Under the pieces are notes generated by a model, which was given only the letters and a program-made list of their open reading frames with translations, was not told the DNA's origin and did no database searches. Positions 1 through 8,628 of a stretch of DNA of 64,000 nucleotides are shown piece after piece. The DNA lies in the IMG/VR virus record IMGVR_UViG_3300028840_002150, positions 38,421 to 102,420 of that record; one strand, given 5' to 3'. The DNA is from a virus. Position 1 is the stretch's first letter; each line of letters begins with the position of its first letter. The position numbers were made by a program, and so were the translations under genes.

Positions 1-30
1 ACGCACGCACCCCAAACCAAGGAGCCGACC

Positions 31-291
31 ATGACACGCCTCGAGTTAGCCCAGCGAATCAACCGCCTCGGAGTATCCGTCCGCGACTTCCAGGTCCATT
101 TGGGCGACGATTACCGCCTGCAGGTGGTCGTCCATTGTTTGGATTCTGCCGGGCGGTTTGACGAGGAAGCCACCCGAGAAACCATGCTGCGAATCCGGGC
201 GGATTTGGGCCGCAGTTGGACCAGGGAACGCCTGGAGCACGGGGCCTACCTGATTTGCGCCCCAGCGCGGAAGTCAGAGGAGGCCGCTTGA
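31..291 (+). CDS. hypothetical early phage protein
   Basis: ORF with AAGGAG RBS and C/A-rich leader. Confidence 0.6.
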   Translation: MTRLELAQRINRLGVSVRDFQVHLGDDYRLQVVVHCLDSAGRFDEEATRETMLRIRADLGRSWTRERLEHGAYLICAPARKSEEAA

Positions 292-308
292 ATTCGGCAG
301 AAAATTCC

Positions 309-349
309 GATATCGGGCCAATATCACCGGCCCGCTGGCGAATAACCTA
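309..349 (+). promoter_or_regulatory. early operator/promoter cassette
   Basis: GATATC-GGGCC-AATATC, N12, GCGAATAACCTA; same spacing repeated at 12 or more sites. Confidence 0.75.
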
Positions 350-353
350 GTAG

Positions 354-578
354 ATGACAACTACCCAACCATCGGAGAAAGCCATGTCCATTCGCCTGAT
401 TATCACCGACACCAATTCCGACCAAATTCACGACGCGGTTTACCCCACGGTCGACGCGGCCATTGAAGCCGCTCGGCGAGCGGTCGGGACCGCCCGCCGC
501 CCCAACTACAACTCACTGCGCCGCAACTTCGTCGCCCGCAGCAAGGGCGTCGAATTCTGGATGGGTTACGAGGGGTAG
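354..578 (+). CDS. hypothetical protein (start may be 384)
   Basis: ORF directly after the promoter motif; GGAG upstream of ATG 384. Confidence 0.6.
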   Translation: MTTTQPSEKAMSIRLIITDTNSDQIHDAVYPTVDAAIEAARRAVGTARRPNYNSLRRNFVARSKGVEFWMGYEG

Positions 579-591
579 CCCGCTCGCCGGT

Positions 592-630
592 GGTATTTTG
601 GCAATATCACCGGCCTGCTGGCGAATAACT
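592..630 (+). promoter_or_regulatory. early operator/promoter cassette
   Basis: GGTATT-TTGGC-AATATC-N12-GCGAATAAC. Confidence 0.75.
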
Positions 631-663
631 GGTAGACGACACACAACCACGGGAGCACGTATC

Positions 664-1302
664 ATGGAACGTAGGATTGACATTTCCGACGGGAAAAGCA
701 TTCGCGCGGCATTGAAAGCCGATTTGGGCTACAACGCTCGCCAAGTCCGCATTCGCATGGAACGCTACTCCATGGGGCGAACGGTCAATGTGACTATCGC
801 CGATCCCGCCGTCGATTACTCGGCGATCCGGGAATGGGTGTCTAGCAACGTGGAGCGGATTCACCGCTGCCGGGTAACCGGCGAAATCCTGAACGGCGGC
901 AATACCTACACGGACATCGGGTTGACCGAGGGCGTTGCCAAGGCGTGGGCCATGCCGCTGGTCAATGCCATCCGCGAAGCGGCGGCCCGCCAGGAAGGCA
1001 ACAGCGCCGAACCGGTGGAAGGGCTGAACCTGCTCGTTTGGCCCGGACAATGGGACGACCAGGAGACATTTCACCTTACCCGCCGCGACGCTCCGAACAA
1101 CTGGCGGTGCCCGTACTTATCCCGAAACGAACGCGGCTTTGAGCGGGCCGCCCTGTGCGCGTTCATGGATCTTGGGAATGAGGTGTACGCGGTTGACGAG
1201 CAGCCGGACGAGGCGACCCCGGAACCGGAAATTATCCGGTTCCCGCCCCCCGCCGAACCGCAAGTTGACATGATTGAAATCGAAACCCTGGCATGGCTGT
1301 AA
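664..1302 (+). CDS. hypothetical protein, possibly LPD29-like N-terminus
   Basis: GGGAG RBS; IRAALK...YSMGRTVNV...TGEILNGGN pattern recalled from phage early proteins. Confidence 0.5.
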   Translation: MERRIDISDGKSIRAALKADLGYNARQVRIRMERYSMGRTVNVTIADPAVDYSAIREWVSSNVERIHRCRVTGEILNGGNTYTDIGLTEGVAKAWAMPLVNAIREAAARQEGNSAEPVEGLNLLVWPGQWDDQETFHLTRRDAPNNWRCPYLSRNERGFERAALCAFMDLGNEVYAVDEQPDEATPEPEIIRFPPPAEPQVDMIEIETLAWL

Positions 1303-1335
1303 TGGCCGCGCTGATCTACGGGAGGGAATAACCAA

Positions 1336-1692
1336 ATGGCAGTGAATCACACACCGGGACCGTGGACAACGCTCCCGCCACGGAATCCGCTCTACTTGGC
1401 GCATGCTACCGATTACGACCGCGTAGGACAGCGATGGCTTTACATTGGCGGGAACCGTGGACCGTCATGTTTTGTAGCGGACTTAGTTATCTCAAGATGC
1501 GACGAAGGAACCGCCAACGCCCGGCTGATCGCCGCGGCGCCGGATCTACTGGAAGCGTGCAAGGCCGCCTTAAAAGAGGTGATCGCCATGAACGCCAAGT
1601 TATGCGACCTTCACGGGGTGGCCCATAGCACCGCGCTGATCGGGTTGATGCTGGAAGACGCCATTGACAAGGCGGAGGGAAATGACCAATGA
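1336..1692 (+). CDS. conserved phage protein (HTPGPW...ANARLIAAAPDLL family)
   Basis: Characteristic N- and C-terminal motifs; GGGAGG RBS. Confidence 0.75.
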   Translation: MAVNHTPGPWTTLPPRNPLYLAHATDYDRVGQRWLYIGGNRGPSCFVADLVISRCDEGTANARLIAAAPDLLEACKAALKEVIAMNAKLCDLHGVAHSTALIGLMLEDAIDKAEGNDQ

Positions 1693-1901
1693 CCATCCGT
1701 TACATCACCTGCGGCCAGCTCACAGCGGACCCGGACCGCATAGCACCGGTCTCGGAAGTACGTTGCCGGGACTGCGGGGCCAACGCCCGCAACCGGGACG
1801 CCAAGGAAGTCTGGGCGGTTCACAATCGGGCCGCCTATTGTTTGGAGTGCATGCACGAAGCCACAAGAGACGGAGGGCGATTGCCCGACGCGGAGGGATG
1901 A
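1689..1901 (+). CDS. small Zn-finger protein
   Basis: CxxC...CxxC; ATGA overlap with upstream gene. Confidence 0.55.
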   Translation: MTIRYITCGQLTADPDRIAPVSEVRCRDCGANARNRDAKEVWAVHNRAAYCLECMHEATRDGGRLPDAEG

Positions 1902-2161
1902 AGATGGAAACGCAACCGAAGTACATGGTGGGCGGCGGAGCGGGCCAAGTTCCTTGCGATCCGATTGCCGCCAGCCTGGAATCCGCCAAAGAGGCGGTGG
2001 GCAAGCTGAACGCGCTGATGGAGATGGGCGAAGAACCCGGCTCGGTCTGGTCTATCGGGGACCTGATGACCGAGGCCGATGCCCGCGCATTGGACGCGGC
2101 GTGCTGGGACCTGCTGGAGCGGATCGAACAGGACAAGTTTGGCGGGAGTCTGCCGATATGA
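1898..2161 (+). CDS. hypothetical protein
   Basis: GGAGG RBS; ATGA overlaps on both sides. Confidence 0.55.
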   Translation: MKMETQPKYMVGGGAGQVPCDPIAASLESAKEAVGKLNALMEMGEEPGSVWSIGDLMTEADARALDAACWDLLERIEQDKFGGSLPI

Positions 2162-2499
2162 GATTACTGCGCGAGCGGATCATCTACCACGGGGAACGAA
2201 TTCCCCGGTTTTATCGGGTCGCATACGAGGACTGGTTTACCTGGTCCGTCTACGCGTACCCGGTCGGCGTTCATTGGCTGGCCAGGTGGGCGCGGCGGCT
2301 ACACGAGCTGTCCTATCGGTATCGGGCGAGCAAAATGGAGGAAGTCATCGCGGAAGCCAAACGGCAAGCCTACAGCCGAGGACGCCAGGCGGGAGAAGCG
2401 GCGGTCCGTCGGGAATGGGAAGCCGAGCGCCGGGAACGCGAACGCCAGGATGCGGAACTGGGACGCATTGCAAGGACGGCGCTCTACGGCGGCAACTGA
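2158..2499 (+). CDS. hypothetical protein
   Basis: Coupled ATG with GGGAG RBS. Confidence 0.55.
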   Translation: MRLLRERIIYHGERIPRFYRVAYEDWFTWSVYAYPVGVHWLARWARRLHELSYRYRASKMEEVIAEAKRQAYSRGRQAGEAAVRREWEAERRERERQDAELGRIARTALYGGN

Positions 2500-2642
2500 C
2501 GGCGGGCTGTCCGTGGCGGGGCCGGTCCCCAGCCGCTCCGAAGAAACTCCCCCTGACCCGATGCAGTCCGGGGGAGCATCGGCTCGGGGGCCGGCTATTT
2601 TGCGATTGGCCGGATCGGTCCGGATTTTGGCCGGATTTTTCT

Positions 2643-2683
2643 GGTACGCTTCCAATATCGGCGCACCGGTGGCGAATAACCTA
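2643..2683 (+). promoter_or_regulatory. early operator/promoter cassette
   Basis: CAATATC-N12-GCGAATAACCTA followed by C/A-rich leader and GGAG. Confidence 0.75.
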
Positions 2684-2721
2684 ATGTAAGACACAACCAA
2701 CCGCCAACCGGAGCACGAAAC

Positions 2722-3006
2722 ATGACGACCCGCAAACTGACCTACATGCGACACGGCGAACCGCGCACGACCACCCTTACCGCCCGCAATGAGATGCGGT
2801 TATCGGACGCGCTGGATCGGCTCGCCGTCCACGGGCTAACCCAGACCCTCATTTACCAAGACATTGGCAACCCGTTTGTCCTGGTCCTGCAGGATTGGTG
2901 GCCGAACGGGCGGGAGACCGCGGTTTGCATCCGCACTCGCGGCAAGTATCGCGGCCAGTCGGTGGGGTTCGCCCTGCGGCCGGAGGAGGGCCGCGAGGCC
3001 GCATGA
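2722..3006 (+). CDS. hypothetical protein
   Basis: First gene after promoter and leader. Confidence 0.6.
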   Translation: MTTRKLTYMRHGEPRTTTLTARNEMRLSDALDRLAVHGLTQTLIYQDIGNPFVLVLQDWWPNGRETAVCIRTRGKYRGQSVGFALRPEEGREAA

Positions 3007-3048
3007 CGGAAGTTCAGGTCCGCGACGCATTACCATTTGGAGCGAGCC

Positions 3049-3249
3049 ATGAAAGTGACTGCAATTCCGCAAGTCGGTGGAATGATGGCGTTTCGCATTG
3101 TCGGCGATGTGCCGTTTGTGCCACCGCTTATTGAATTTTCCGGGAGTAAGTATTGCTTGGATTACGAGACGCGGACCCCCGGAGTATGGCTGGCCGTCAA
3201 CGTAGATGACGAGTACATGCCGCATTTGCCAATCGTGAAGGCCGAGTGA
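3049..3249 (+). CDS. hypothetical protein
   Basis: GGAG RBS; operon packing. Confidence 0.5.
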   Translation: MKVTAIPQVGGMMAFRIVGDVPFVPPLIEFSGSKYCLDYETRTPGVWLAVNVDDEYMPHLPIVKAE

Positions 3250-3455
3250 TGGGGGCAATGCTGCGGATCGTCCGGCGGGCCGGGGCCTGGTGGATTACCG
3301 GGTCCGGCCTGCCGGTAGAACCACGGGACCTGACAGACGACAGCCGGAACATCCCGGTTGACGCAATGGGACCGTATGAACGCAAGGTGGAAGCGGAGGA
3401 AGACCGCAAATCCATTGAGCGGTTCCGAAAAACAAACTGGAGGCTGTACCGATGA
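3246..3455 (+). CDS. hypothetical protein
   Basis: Overlapping start/stop coupling. Confidence 0.5.
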   Translation: MMGAMLRIVRRAGAWWITGSGLPVEPRDLTDDSRNIPVDAMGPYERKVEAEEDRKSIERFRKTNWRLYR

Positions 3456-3661
3456 AAAAAAGCGGATGGGTTGAGGTGGACCGGCTGACGTGGGGCAGTA
3501 AGCTGGCCGCCATGCTTAGCGATGGCGGGGATCAAGTTTCCGGCGGTGATCTGTTCAGCGGGGGCTCGTTTTCCGAGTGGGGAATTGGTGGGGTGGCTCA
3601 ACTACGGTCGGAAAACCGCAACGGGGCCGTTCTGTATTTTGAATTCGTTCCATCGGAGTAA
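3452..3661 (+). CDS. hypothetical protein
   Basis: GGAGG RBS; ATGA overlap. Confidence 0.5.
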   Translation: MKKSGWVEVDRLTWGSKLAAMLSDGGDQVSGGDLFSGGSFSEWGIGGVAQLRSENRNGAVLYFEFVPSE

Positions 3662-3665
3662 GGCC

Positions 3666-3926
3666 ATGAATTACGGGGATGTGATTTGCGATCTTCACGA
3701 CGGGCTTTCGCTTCCGGATGGTGCAACGCTGGTCAAGTCGTTTAAGGTGCGATCATCGGGCGGTCCGGAGTTTATCCGGGCAACGTTGCGCGACCAATGC
3801 GTTACGGACCACTACACCAACAAGACGGTGGTCGTCATCGGGGAAGCCGATAACGGAAACCTGATTTGCGCGGCATCTTACGACGCGTGTTCGTTGCATT
3901 TTTTTGAAATCGCGGGGCTGACGTAA
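3666..3926 (+). CDS. hypothetical protein
   Basis: GGAG RBS; TAATG coupling with next gene. Confidence 0.5.
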   Translation: MNYGDVICDLHDGLSLPDGATLVKSFKVRSSGGPEFIRATLRDQCVTDHYTNKTVVVIGEADNGNLICAASYDACSLHFFEIAGLT

Positions 3927-4759
3927 TGCCGGAGCTTATCGAATACACCTCGGCCACCAAAATGGCCGCGGTCTACAGGCGATCCATCGCGAGAATCCGC
4001 CGCGTGCTGGTAGAATTGGCCGACGAATGCGAAGCGATGAACGCGGCTTTCGACGAAGCCTACGCGTTCAACATCGATTTGCAGGTAGGCGGTGAGCGAA
4101 TGAAGCCGGGGGTGGAAGCCGCCGACCGGATTTCCGACTACATGAAGCGGCGGGCGTGGTCCGCCCTGGTAGAAAAGCTGGGTATCCGCAAAATCATGTC
4201 CAGCACACGGCAGGCCGAATTGGACGAAGCGCTGCACCCGGACCGCCGTCGGCTCGGCTACGGCGAGCAACCGCCGGATCTGCCGGAGATCGACGAGGAC
4301 ACCATCTACGACGTGCTTTCGGGAATGGTCCAGTCTGCGGACGAATTTTTGCAGGAGGCCATCACCGAAGAATACGACTGGTGGAAGCCGAGAAAGTCAT
4401 ACGCGAACTACAAGCGAAACTCGGAATTTCGTCTCAATCGCAGGGTGATTCGGCCGTGGATGGTCGAGCGGGAATGGAACCGCTGGAGGCCGCGCTATCA
4501 CAACGAGTCCCATGTCACCGCGCTGGACCGGATCTTTCACGCGCTGGACGGTTGCGGAATTCCCCCAGGCCATTACGGGCCGCTCGGGGAGGCCATCCGG
4601 TCATGTGGGCCCGAGGGCCGCGGGGAAACCGTTTATTTCGTCTTCCGCTGTTGCAAAAACGGCAACCTACATCTGGAGTTCAAGCGGCAAGACCTGTTAG
4701 ACCGGTTCAACGAAATCGCCGGAAGGAATAGACTGCCCAACCCGGAGGAGGCCGCATGA
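3926..4759 (+). CDS. DUF4942-like domain protein
   Basis: C-terminal LDRIFHALDG...YFVFRCCKNGNLHLEFKRQDLLDRFN signature. Confidence 0.7.
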   Translation: MPELIEYTSATKMAAVYRRSIARIRRVLVELADECEAMNAAFDEAYAFNIDLQVGGERMKPGVEAADRISDYMKRRAWSALVEKLGIRKIMSSTRQAELDEALHPDRRRLGYGEQPPDLPEIDEDTIYDVLSGMVQSADEFLQEAITEEYDWWKPRKSYANYKRNSEFRLNRRVIRPWMVEREWNRWRPRYHNESHVTALDRIFHALDGCGIPPGHYGPLGEAIRSCGPEGRGETVYFVFRCCKNGNLHLEFKRQDLLDRFNEIAGRNRLPNPEEAA

Positions 4760-5064
4760 ACCCGCACGCATACCAACCGTTCACGACCCGCCACGGATGG
4801 GAAGAATGCCGCCAATGTCACATGCCCGAAAACCACCCAGTCCACCACGTCGGGGACGCATCGGTTCTGGATCGCGAATCGGCGTGTACCGGAGTAGTTT
4901 GGTACCGGGTACAATGCGGAATGGTTAAATCGGTCAAGTGGTCAACGACGGCCGTCGAAACGGCAGACTCGCTGCGGTCGCGGTTTTCCGAATGGTTTCC
5001 AACCGCTGAGTACCTGGGGTGCGCAATCAAAACGGCGACGGGGGAGGTGACGCGTGGAATTTGA
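4756..5064 (+). CDS. hypothetical protein
   Basis: GGAGG RBS; H/CxxC/H metal-binding N-terminus. Confidence 0.5.
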   Translation: MNPHAYQPFTTRHGWEECRQCHMPENHPVHHVGDASVLDRESACTGVVWYRVQCGMVKSVKWSTTAVETADSLRSRFSEWFPTAEYLGCAIKTATGEVTRGI

Positions 5065-5281
5065 CGGGATGAAAGAGTTTCGGGCCGAGTGTATTTGCGG
5101 CGCAATCCTGCGTCCACGGGCCGCGCTGAACTGCATGGGGCAAGTCGATCTGGCGGCGCCGACGTGGTGTCCACAATGCGGAGGCGTGCTAAATTGGCGA
5201 GTGTATCGCATGGTCAACGGCAGCTTTTGCGTGGTATTGACCGAAGTATCCCAACCAAGGAACACGAATCATGAATCTTGA
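5054..5281 (+). CDS. Zn-ribbon protein
   Basis: CxCG...CPxCG; GGAGG RBS. Confidence 0.5.
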   Translation: MEFDGMKEFRAECICGAILRPRAALNCMGQVDLAAPTWCPQCGGVLNWRVYRMVNGSFCVVLTEVSQPRNTNHES

Positions 5282-5570
5282 CCGGGCCAAGGAACTGACC
5301 GCCGCTTGTGTAAACGCCTACATGCCGATCATCCTGGGCGGGGAACGGAAGCCCCTGCCGGATGTTCCGCTGGCGGATCTACTCGAGGCGAACCGGGTAG
5401 TATCGGATGCCCCGCGCGAGCAGCGGGAGGACGAAGAAGGCCGGACTGTCACCGTGCTACTGACGACGGTGGATGACCGGCTAGTCGCGGCCATGTACGC
5501 TCTGCAGCACTGCGGCGGGCCGGGCCGATTACTGGACGCGCTGGGTTATTCGGTAGAGGAGCAACGTTGA
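5271..5570 (+). CDS. hypothetical protein
   Basis: Operon packing; AAGGA RBS. Confidence 0.5.
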   Translation: MNLDRAKELTAACVNAYMPIILGGERKPLPDVPLADLLEANRVVSDAPREQREDEEGRTVTVLLTTVDDRLVAAMYALQHCGGPGRLLDALGYSVEEQR

Positions 5571-5887
5571 TGCCCGACTCCGACGGCATACCGTGCCCGG
5601 ATTGCCATGGAACCGGCCAGCAGGACATATACTTCCTGCGCAAGTCGGACGGAACCTGTGACCCCCACCGCCGCATCACCTGCCAACGGTGCCGGGGAAC
5701 CGGGCAGATTACCCAGCGGGATCGGGAGTGGATCGAGGCGGGCCAGGCCATGCGCAAGGAGCGGCTGTCCCGCGGCATGACCCTCCGCCGGGAAGCCGCC
5801 AGGAGGGGGCTCAAGCCGTCCACCCTATCGGCCATGGAGCAAGGGCGGATTTTCCCGGTCCCATCGGGTAGGTGGGGTAACAGGTGA
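5567..5887 (+). CDS. DnaJ-type Zn finger plus XRE-like HTH protein
   Basis: CPDCHGTG and CQRCRGTG; C-terminal RLSRGMTLRREAARRGLKPSTLSAMEQG HTH. Confidence 0.65.
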   Translation: MMPDSDGIPCPDCHGTGQQDIYFLRKSDGTCDPHRRITCQRCRGTGQITQRDREWIEAGQAMRKERLSRGMTLRREAARRGLKPSTLSAMEQGRIFPVPSGRWGNR

Positions 5888-6007
5888 CGGAGCGGCGTTT
5901 TCTTTTCATCGCGGCTTGCACCGCACTTTGGGCCGTGGGTATCCTGGTATATAGCCTCGGCGTGTGGCTCGGGATTTGGTAGCCCGAAAAAAGGAAAAAG
6001 ATTTTCC

Positions 6008-6050
6008 GGTATTGTTTCAATATCTGCCGATGGGCAGCGAATAACCTATT
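6008..6050 (+). promoter_or_regulatory. early operator/promoter cassette
   Basis: GGTATT-GTTTC-AATATC-N12-GCGAATAACCTA. Confidence 0.75.
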
Positions 6051-6065
6051 GAAAGGACACGGGAA

Positions 6066-6278
6066 ATGACAAACGCAACGCAAGCAGGGAACACGAAAAT
6101 GAAAACGCAAAGCCAAATTGACCGGATGATCACCAGCCTGCAACCTGGGCAAGCGGTCGAAATCAGCCGGACAACCGCAGGACATTGCACGGTGGAACTG
6201 AGCGGCGACGGCCAGACTGTCAGGTTCGTACGGCACATCGGGGACAGCAGCACGGTTTACAAGACCTGCCGCAAGTGA
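6066..6278 (+). CDS. hypothetical protein
   Basis: First ORF after promoter. Confidence 0.5.
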   Translation: MTNATQAGNTKMKTQSQIDRMITSLQPGQAVEISRTTAGHCTVELSGDGQTVRFVRHIGDSSTVYKTCRK

Positions 6279-6295
6279 ACCTGAAGGACACGGAC

Positions 6296-6487
6296 ATGAC
6301 CGACGAAGAAATTACCCGCCGCGAAGACCTGGAGGCCGAGATGACCCGGCAATATCGCCGGGAGGTGGCCAGGATAGCCGACGAGCGGCACGAAGTCGCT
6401 GGGGTGTGGTGGGAGGATTGGGCCACGGAGAAGGCGATTACCGCGGCCTGGGGATCGCCGGAAGCGCGGGAACAAGTGTTAACCTAA
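6296..6487 (+). CDS. hypothetical protein
   Basis: AAGGA RBS. Confidence 0.5.
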   Translation: MTDEEITRREDLEAEMTRQYRREVARIADERHEVAGVWWEDWATEKAITAAWGSPEAREQVLT

Positions 6488-6505
6488 TCATGGGGAGTTG
6501 AGGCG

Positions 6506-6742
6506 ATGACGAGCACAACCTACACCGTCACAATCAAAACCGAGAAACGCAACCCGCAGACATTCAGATCCGGCAAGTACCACGTCGCCCGTGATGCGTC
6601 AGGCTCGTGGCGAGCCTTCGGGGAATGCGACGGCAATAAAACCGATCGGCAAATTGCCGAGTACCTATTTCATGTGGACGAAGTTAAGGCTGTCGGTCGC
6701 GACGGTAACGGGGATATGGTAGTTGAAGTTATTGGATCGTAA
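6506..6742 (+). CDS. hypothetical protein
   Basis: GGAG/GAGG RBS. Confidence 0.55.
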   Translation: MTSTTYTVTIKTEKRNPQTFRSGKYHVARDASGSWRAFGECDGNKTDRQIAEYLFHVDEVKAVGRDGNGDMVVEVIGS

Positions 6743-6778
6743 CCGCTCATCCTGTGGTTGGGATGTGTGTTGTGTCGG

Positions 6779-6814
6779 AGCGGGGCCCGGTGGAAATCGG
6801 GCCCCGCTTTTTTT
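6779..6814 (+). terminator. intrinsic terminator
   Basis: AGCGGGGCCCG/CGGGCCCCGCT stem plus T-run. Confidence 0.85.
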
Positions 6815-6825
6815 GCGGATCGGCA

Positions 6826-6865
6826 GATATTCCGCCAATATCGGCGGCCAAGCGGCGAATACCTA
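6826..6865 (+). promoter_or_regulatory. early operator/promoter cassette
   Basis: Perfect GATATT-CCGCC-AATATC, N12, GCGAATACCTA. Confidence 0.8.
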
Positions 6866-6909
6866 ATAGATGACGCAACCAATCACCCACTAACCCAGGA
6901 GACGCGACA

Positions 6910-7206
6910 ATGCCAGCAGTTCCCACGAAATCCGTTGAAATCGACGGCATCACCATCAACATCCCGGTCGGCTCGCTCGACCCGCCTACGGCCGAATCCG
7001 AGGCCATCATGCGGGACCACCACGACCCACGAGGCTGGAAGTACCCCATGCGTCCGTTCGCCACGATGGACGCCGAAGTGGCCGCCGATCTGGCCTACTG
7101 CTACGGTTGGTATCTCGGGGGCCACGAGCATACCATCGAGCACACCCGCCACGGGCAGATTCACATTGTCAATAGCAAAGGCTATTACCACTATGTCGGG
7201 GCGTAG
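6910..7206 (+). CDS. hypothetical protein
   Basis: Single-gene cassette with AGGAG RBS. Confidence 0.65.
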   Translation: MPAVPTKSVEIDGITINIPVGSLDPPTAESEAIMRDHHDPRGWKYPMRPFATMDAEVAADLAYCYGWYLGGHEHTIEHTRHGQIHIVNSKGYYHYVGA

Positions 7207-7222
7207 GCCCGCCGGTGACATC

Positions 7223-7254
7223 GGGCCCGGTCAAGGAGGACCGGGCCTGTTTTT
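7223..7254 (+). terminator. intrinsic terminator
   Basis: GGGCCCGGTC/GACCGGGCCT stem plus T-run. Confidence 0.75.
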
Positions 7255-7273
7255 GGGTATTCCGGAAAATTCC

Positions 7274-7314
7274 GATATTCGGCCAATATCCGACACCCCC
7301 TGCCGAATAACCTA
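7274..7314 (+). promoter_or_regulatory. early operator/promoter cassette
   Basis: Perfect GATATT-CGGCC-AATATC, N12, CCGAATAACCTA. Confidence 0.8.
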
Positions 7315-7353
7315 TTGATGACACACGACAACAACCAACGCGGAGAACGGAAA

Positions 7354-7569
7354 ATGGCAACTCGGGAAGTTTACGAGGCGGTCAAGCGATTCGGGCGCAT
7401 CGGCGAATTGGACCTGCGGGCGGAAATGGAAACCTGCGGATGGGACTGGCCCGAAGTGGACAGAGCGATTGACGCCCTTTGCGACATGGCCGAAGAGGGC
7501 GAAATTGAGTTCCGCGTGGGGCTCGGAAAAGACGCCGTTGGCCGTTGGGAGCCGGAATACGCGGCCTAG
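7354..7569 (+). CDS. hypothetical protein (possible winged helix)
   Basis: GGAG RBS after leader. Confidence 0.55.
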   Translation: MATREVYEAVKRFGRIGELDLRAEMETCGWDWPEVDRAIDALCDMAEEGEIEFRVGLGKDAVGRWEPEYAA

Positions 7570-7589
7570 CAAAAAGCGACGGCGGGGCC

Positions 7590-7630
7590 GATTTCTTTCC
7601 AATATCGGCCCCGCCACGCCGAATAACCTA
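7590..7630 (+). promoter_or_regulatory. early operator/promoter cassette inside an inverted repeat
   Basis: CAATATC-N12-CCGAATAACCTA; GGCGGGGCCGAT/ATCGGCCCCGCC brackets the operator. Confidence 0.7.
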
Positions 7631-7669
7631 TTGATGACCGACACAACACCAACCACCGGAGACCGACGA

Positions 7670-7894
7670 ATGACCGTCAACACCAGCCAGTACGAATTTG
7701 CCCACGGGCACAAGCCGCGGGGGCAGGGGTTTTGGGCGTTCGAAATGACCTTCACCGACGGCCACGGCCGGTTTTCAACCGAGACCGTTTTCGCCAACGG
7801 TACACCGGCCCAAGCCCGCAAGCAGGCATGGCAGCAACTCAAGGCCGAGTGCGGAGCCGTTAAGGAACTGGTCGAAGTTACCGTTCTTCCGTAA
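7670..7894 (+). CDS. hypothetical protein
   Basis: YEFAHGHKPRGQGFWAF small phage protein; GGAG RBS. Confidence 0.65.
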   Translation: MTVNTSQYEFAHGHKPRGQGFWAFEMTFTDGHGRFSTETVFANGTPAQARKQAWQQLKAECGAVKELVEVTVLP

Positions 7895-7922
7895 CCCTTT
7901 CCCAACTGCAAAGGAATGAATC

Positions 7923-8141
7923 GTGAACGTAAGCCAAGATACCCGCGAGATGGTGGCCGAAATTCGCCGCCTGGTTGACACCGTGGACATGCCCGCCGCC
8001 GACTTCTGCGAATTCGTGCGGGGCGTCACGTTCTACCGCAATGGCGGCATGGAAACAGCCCAGGCGGTTGAACTCGCCTTGGAGGAAGTTTTCACGACTG
8101 AAGAGGCGGCCAAGTACCGCATCGCCGAAACCGCCGCCTGA
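7923..8141 (+). CDS. hypothetical protein
   Basis: AAGGA RBS; GTG start. Confidence 0.5.
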   Translation: MNVSQDTREMVAEIRRLVDTVDMPAADFCEFVRGVTFYRNGGMETAQAVELALEEVFTTEEAAKYRIAETAA

Positions 8142-8160
8142 GCCAACGGAGAACGCCAAA

Positions 8161-8460
8161 ATGCCACATCTGCTATCCGAAACCGCCTGTGAGGAAATCC
8201 GCCAACAAACCCCGCTCGTCCACCTGAACGGGTCCGGGCGGGAATCGCTGTGCGACATGCGGGAGGCCGTTTACTCCAAGCTGCAAGAGGCGGAAGACGC
8301 ATTGCGGCAAATGGCCCCGAATGGGCGGGACTACTACATCGCCGAGGACGGCCCGCAACGGCTGGAGCGGGCCACGGCATCGCACTTCCGCCGACTGGAA
8401 ACATTGGCCCGCCTGATGGAAGAAATGGAACTTGAATGCGAGGCCATCCAAGGCCGCTAA
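8161..8460 (+). CDS. hypothetical protein
   Basis: PLVHLNGSG...APNGRDYY motif; GGAG RBS. Confidence 0.65.
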   Translation: MPHLLSETACEEIRQQTPLVHLNGSGRESLCDMREAVYSKLQEAEDALRQMAPNGRDYYIAEDGPQRLERATASHFRRLETLARLMEEMELECEAIQGR

Positions 8461-8494
8461 CCGTCTACTCCGTGGTTGGGGTGGGTTGTGTCGG

Positions 8495-8534
8495 AGGCGG
8501 GGGAAGCCGGGCTTCGGTTTCTCCCGCCTTTTTT
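8495..8534 (+). terminator. intrinsic terminator
   Basis: AGGCGGGGGAAGCCG/CGGTTTCTCCCGCCT stem plus T-run. Confidence 0.85.
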
Positions 8535-8548
8535 CTTTTCGGATTTCC

Positions 8549-8587
8549 GGTATTCGGCCAATATCGGCGCGGACCGGGCGAATAACT
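8549..8587 (+). promoter_or_regulatory. early operator/promoter cassette
   Basis: GGTATT-CGGCC-AATATC-N12-GCGAATAAC. Confidence 0.8.
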
Positions 8588-8628
8588 GATTGATGAACGA
8601 CACAACACCAACCACGAAAGGGGCCGAC

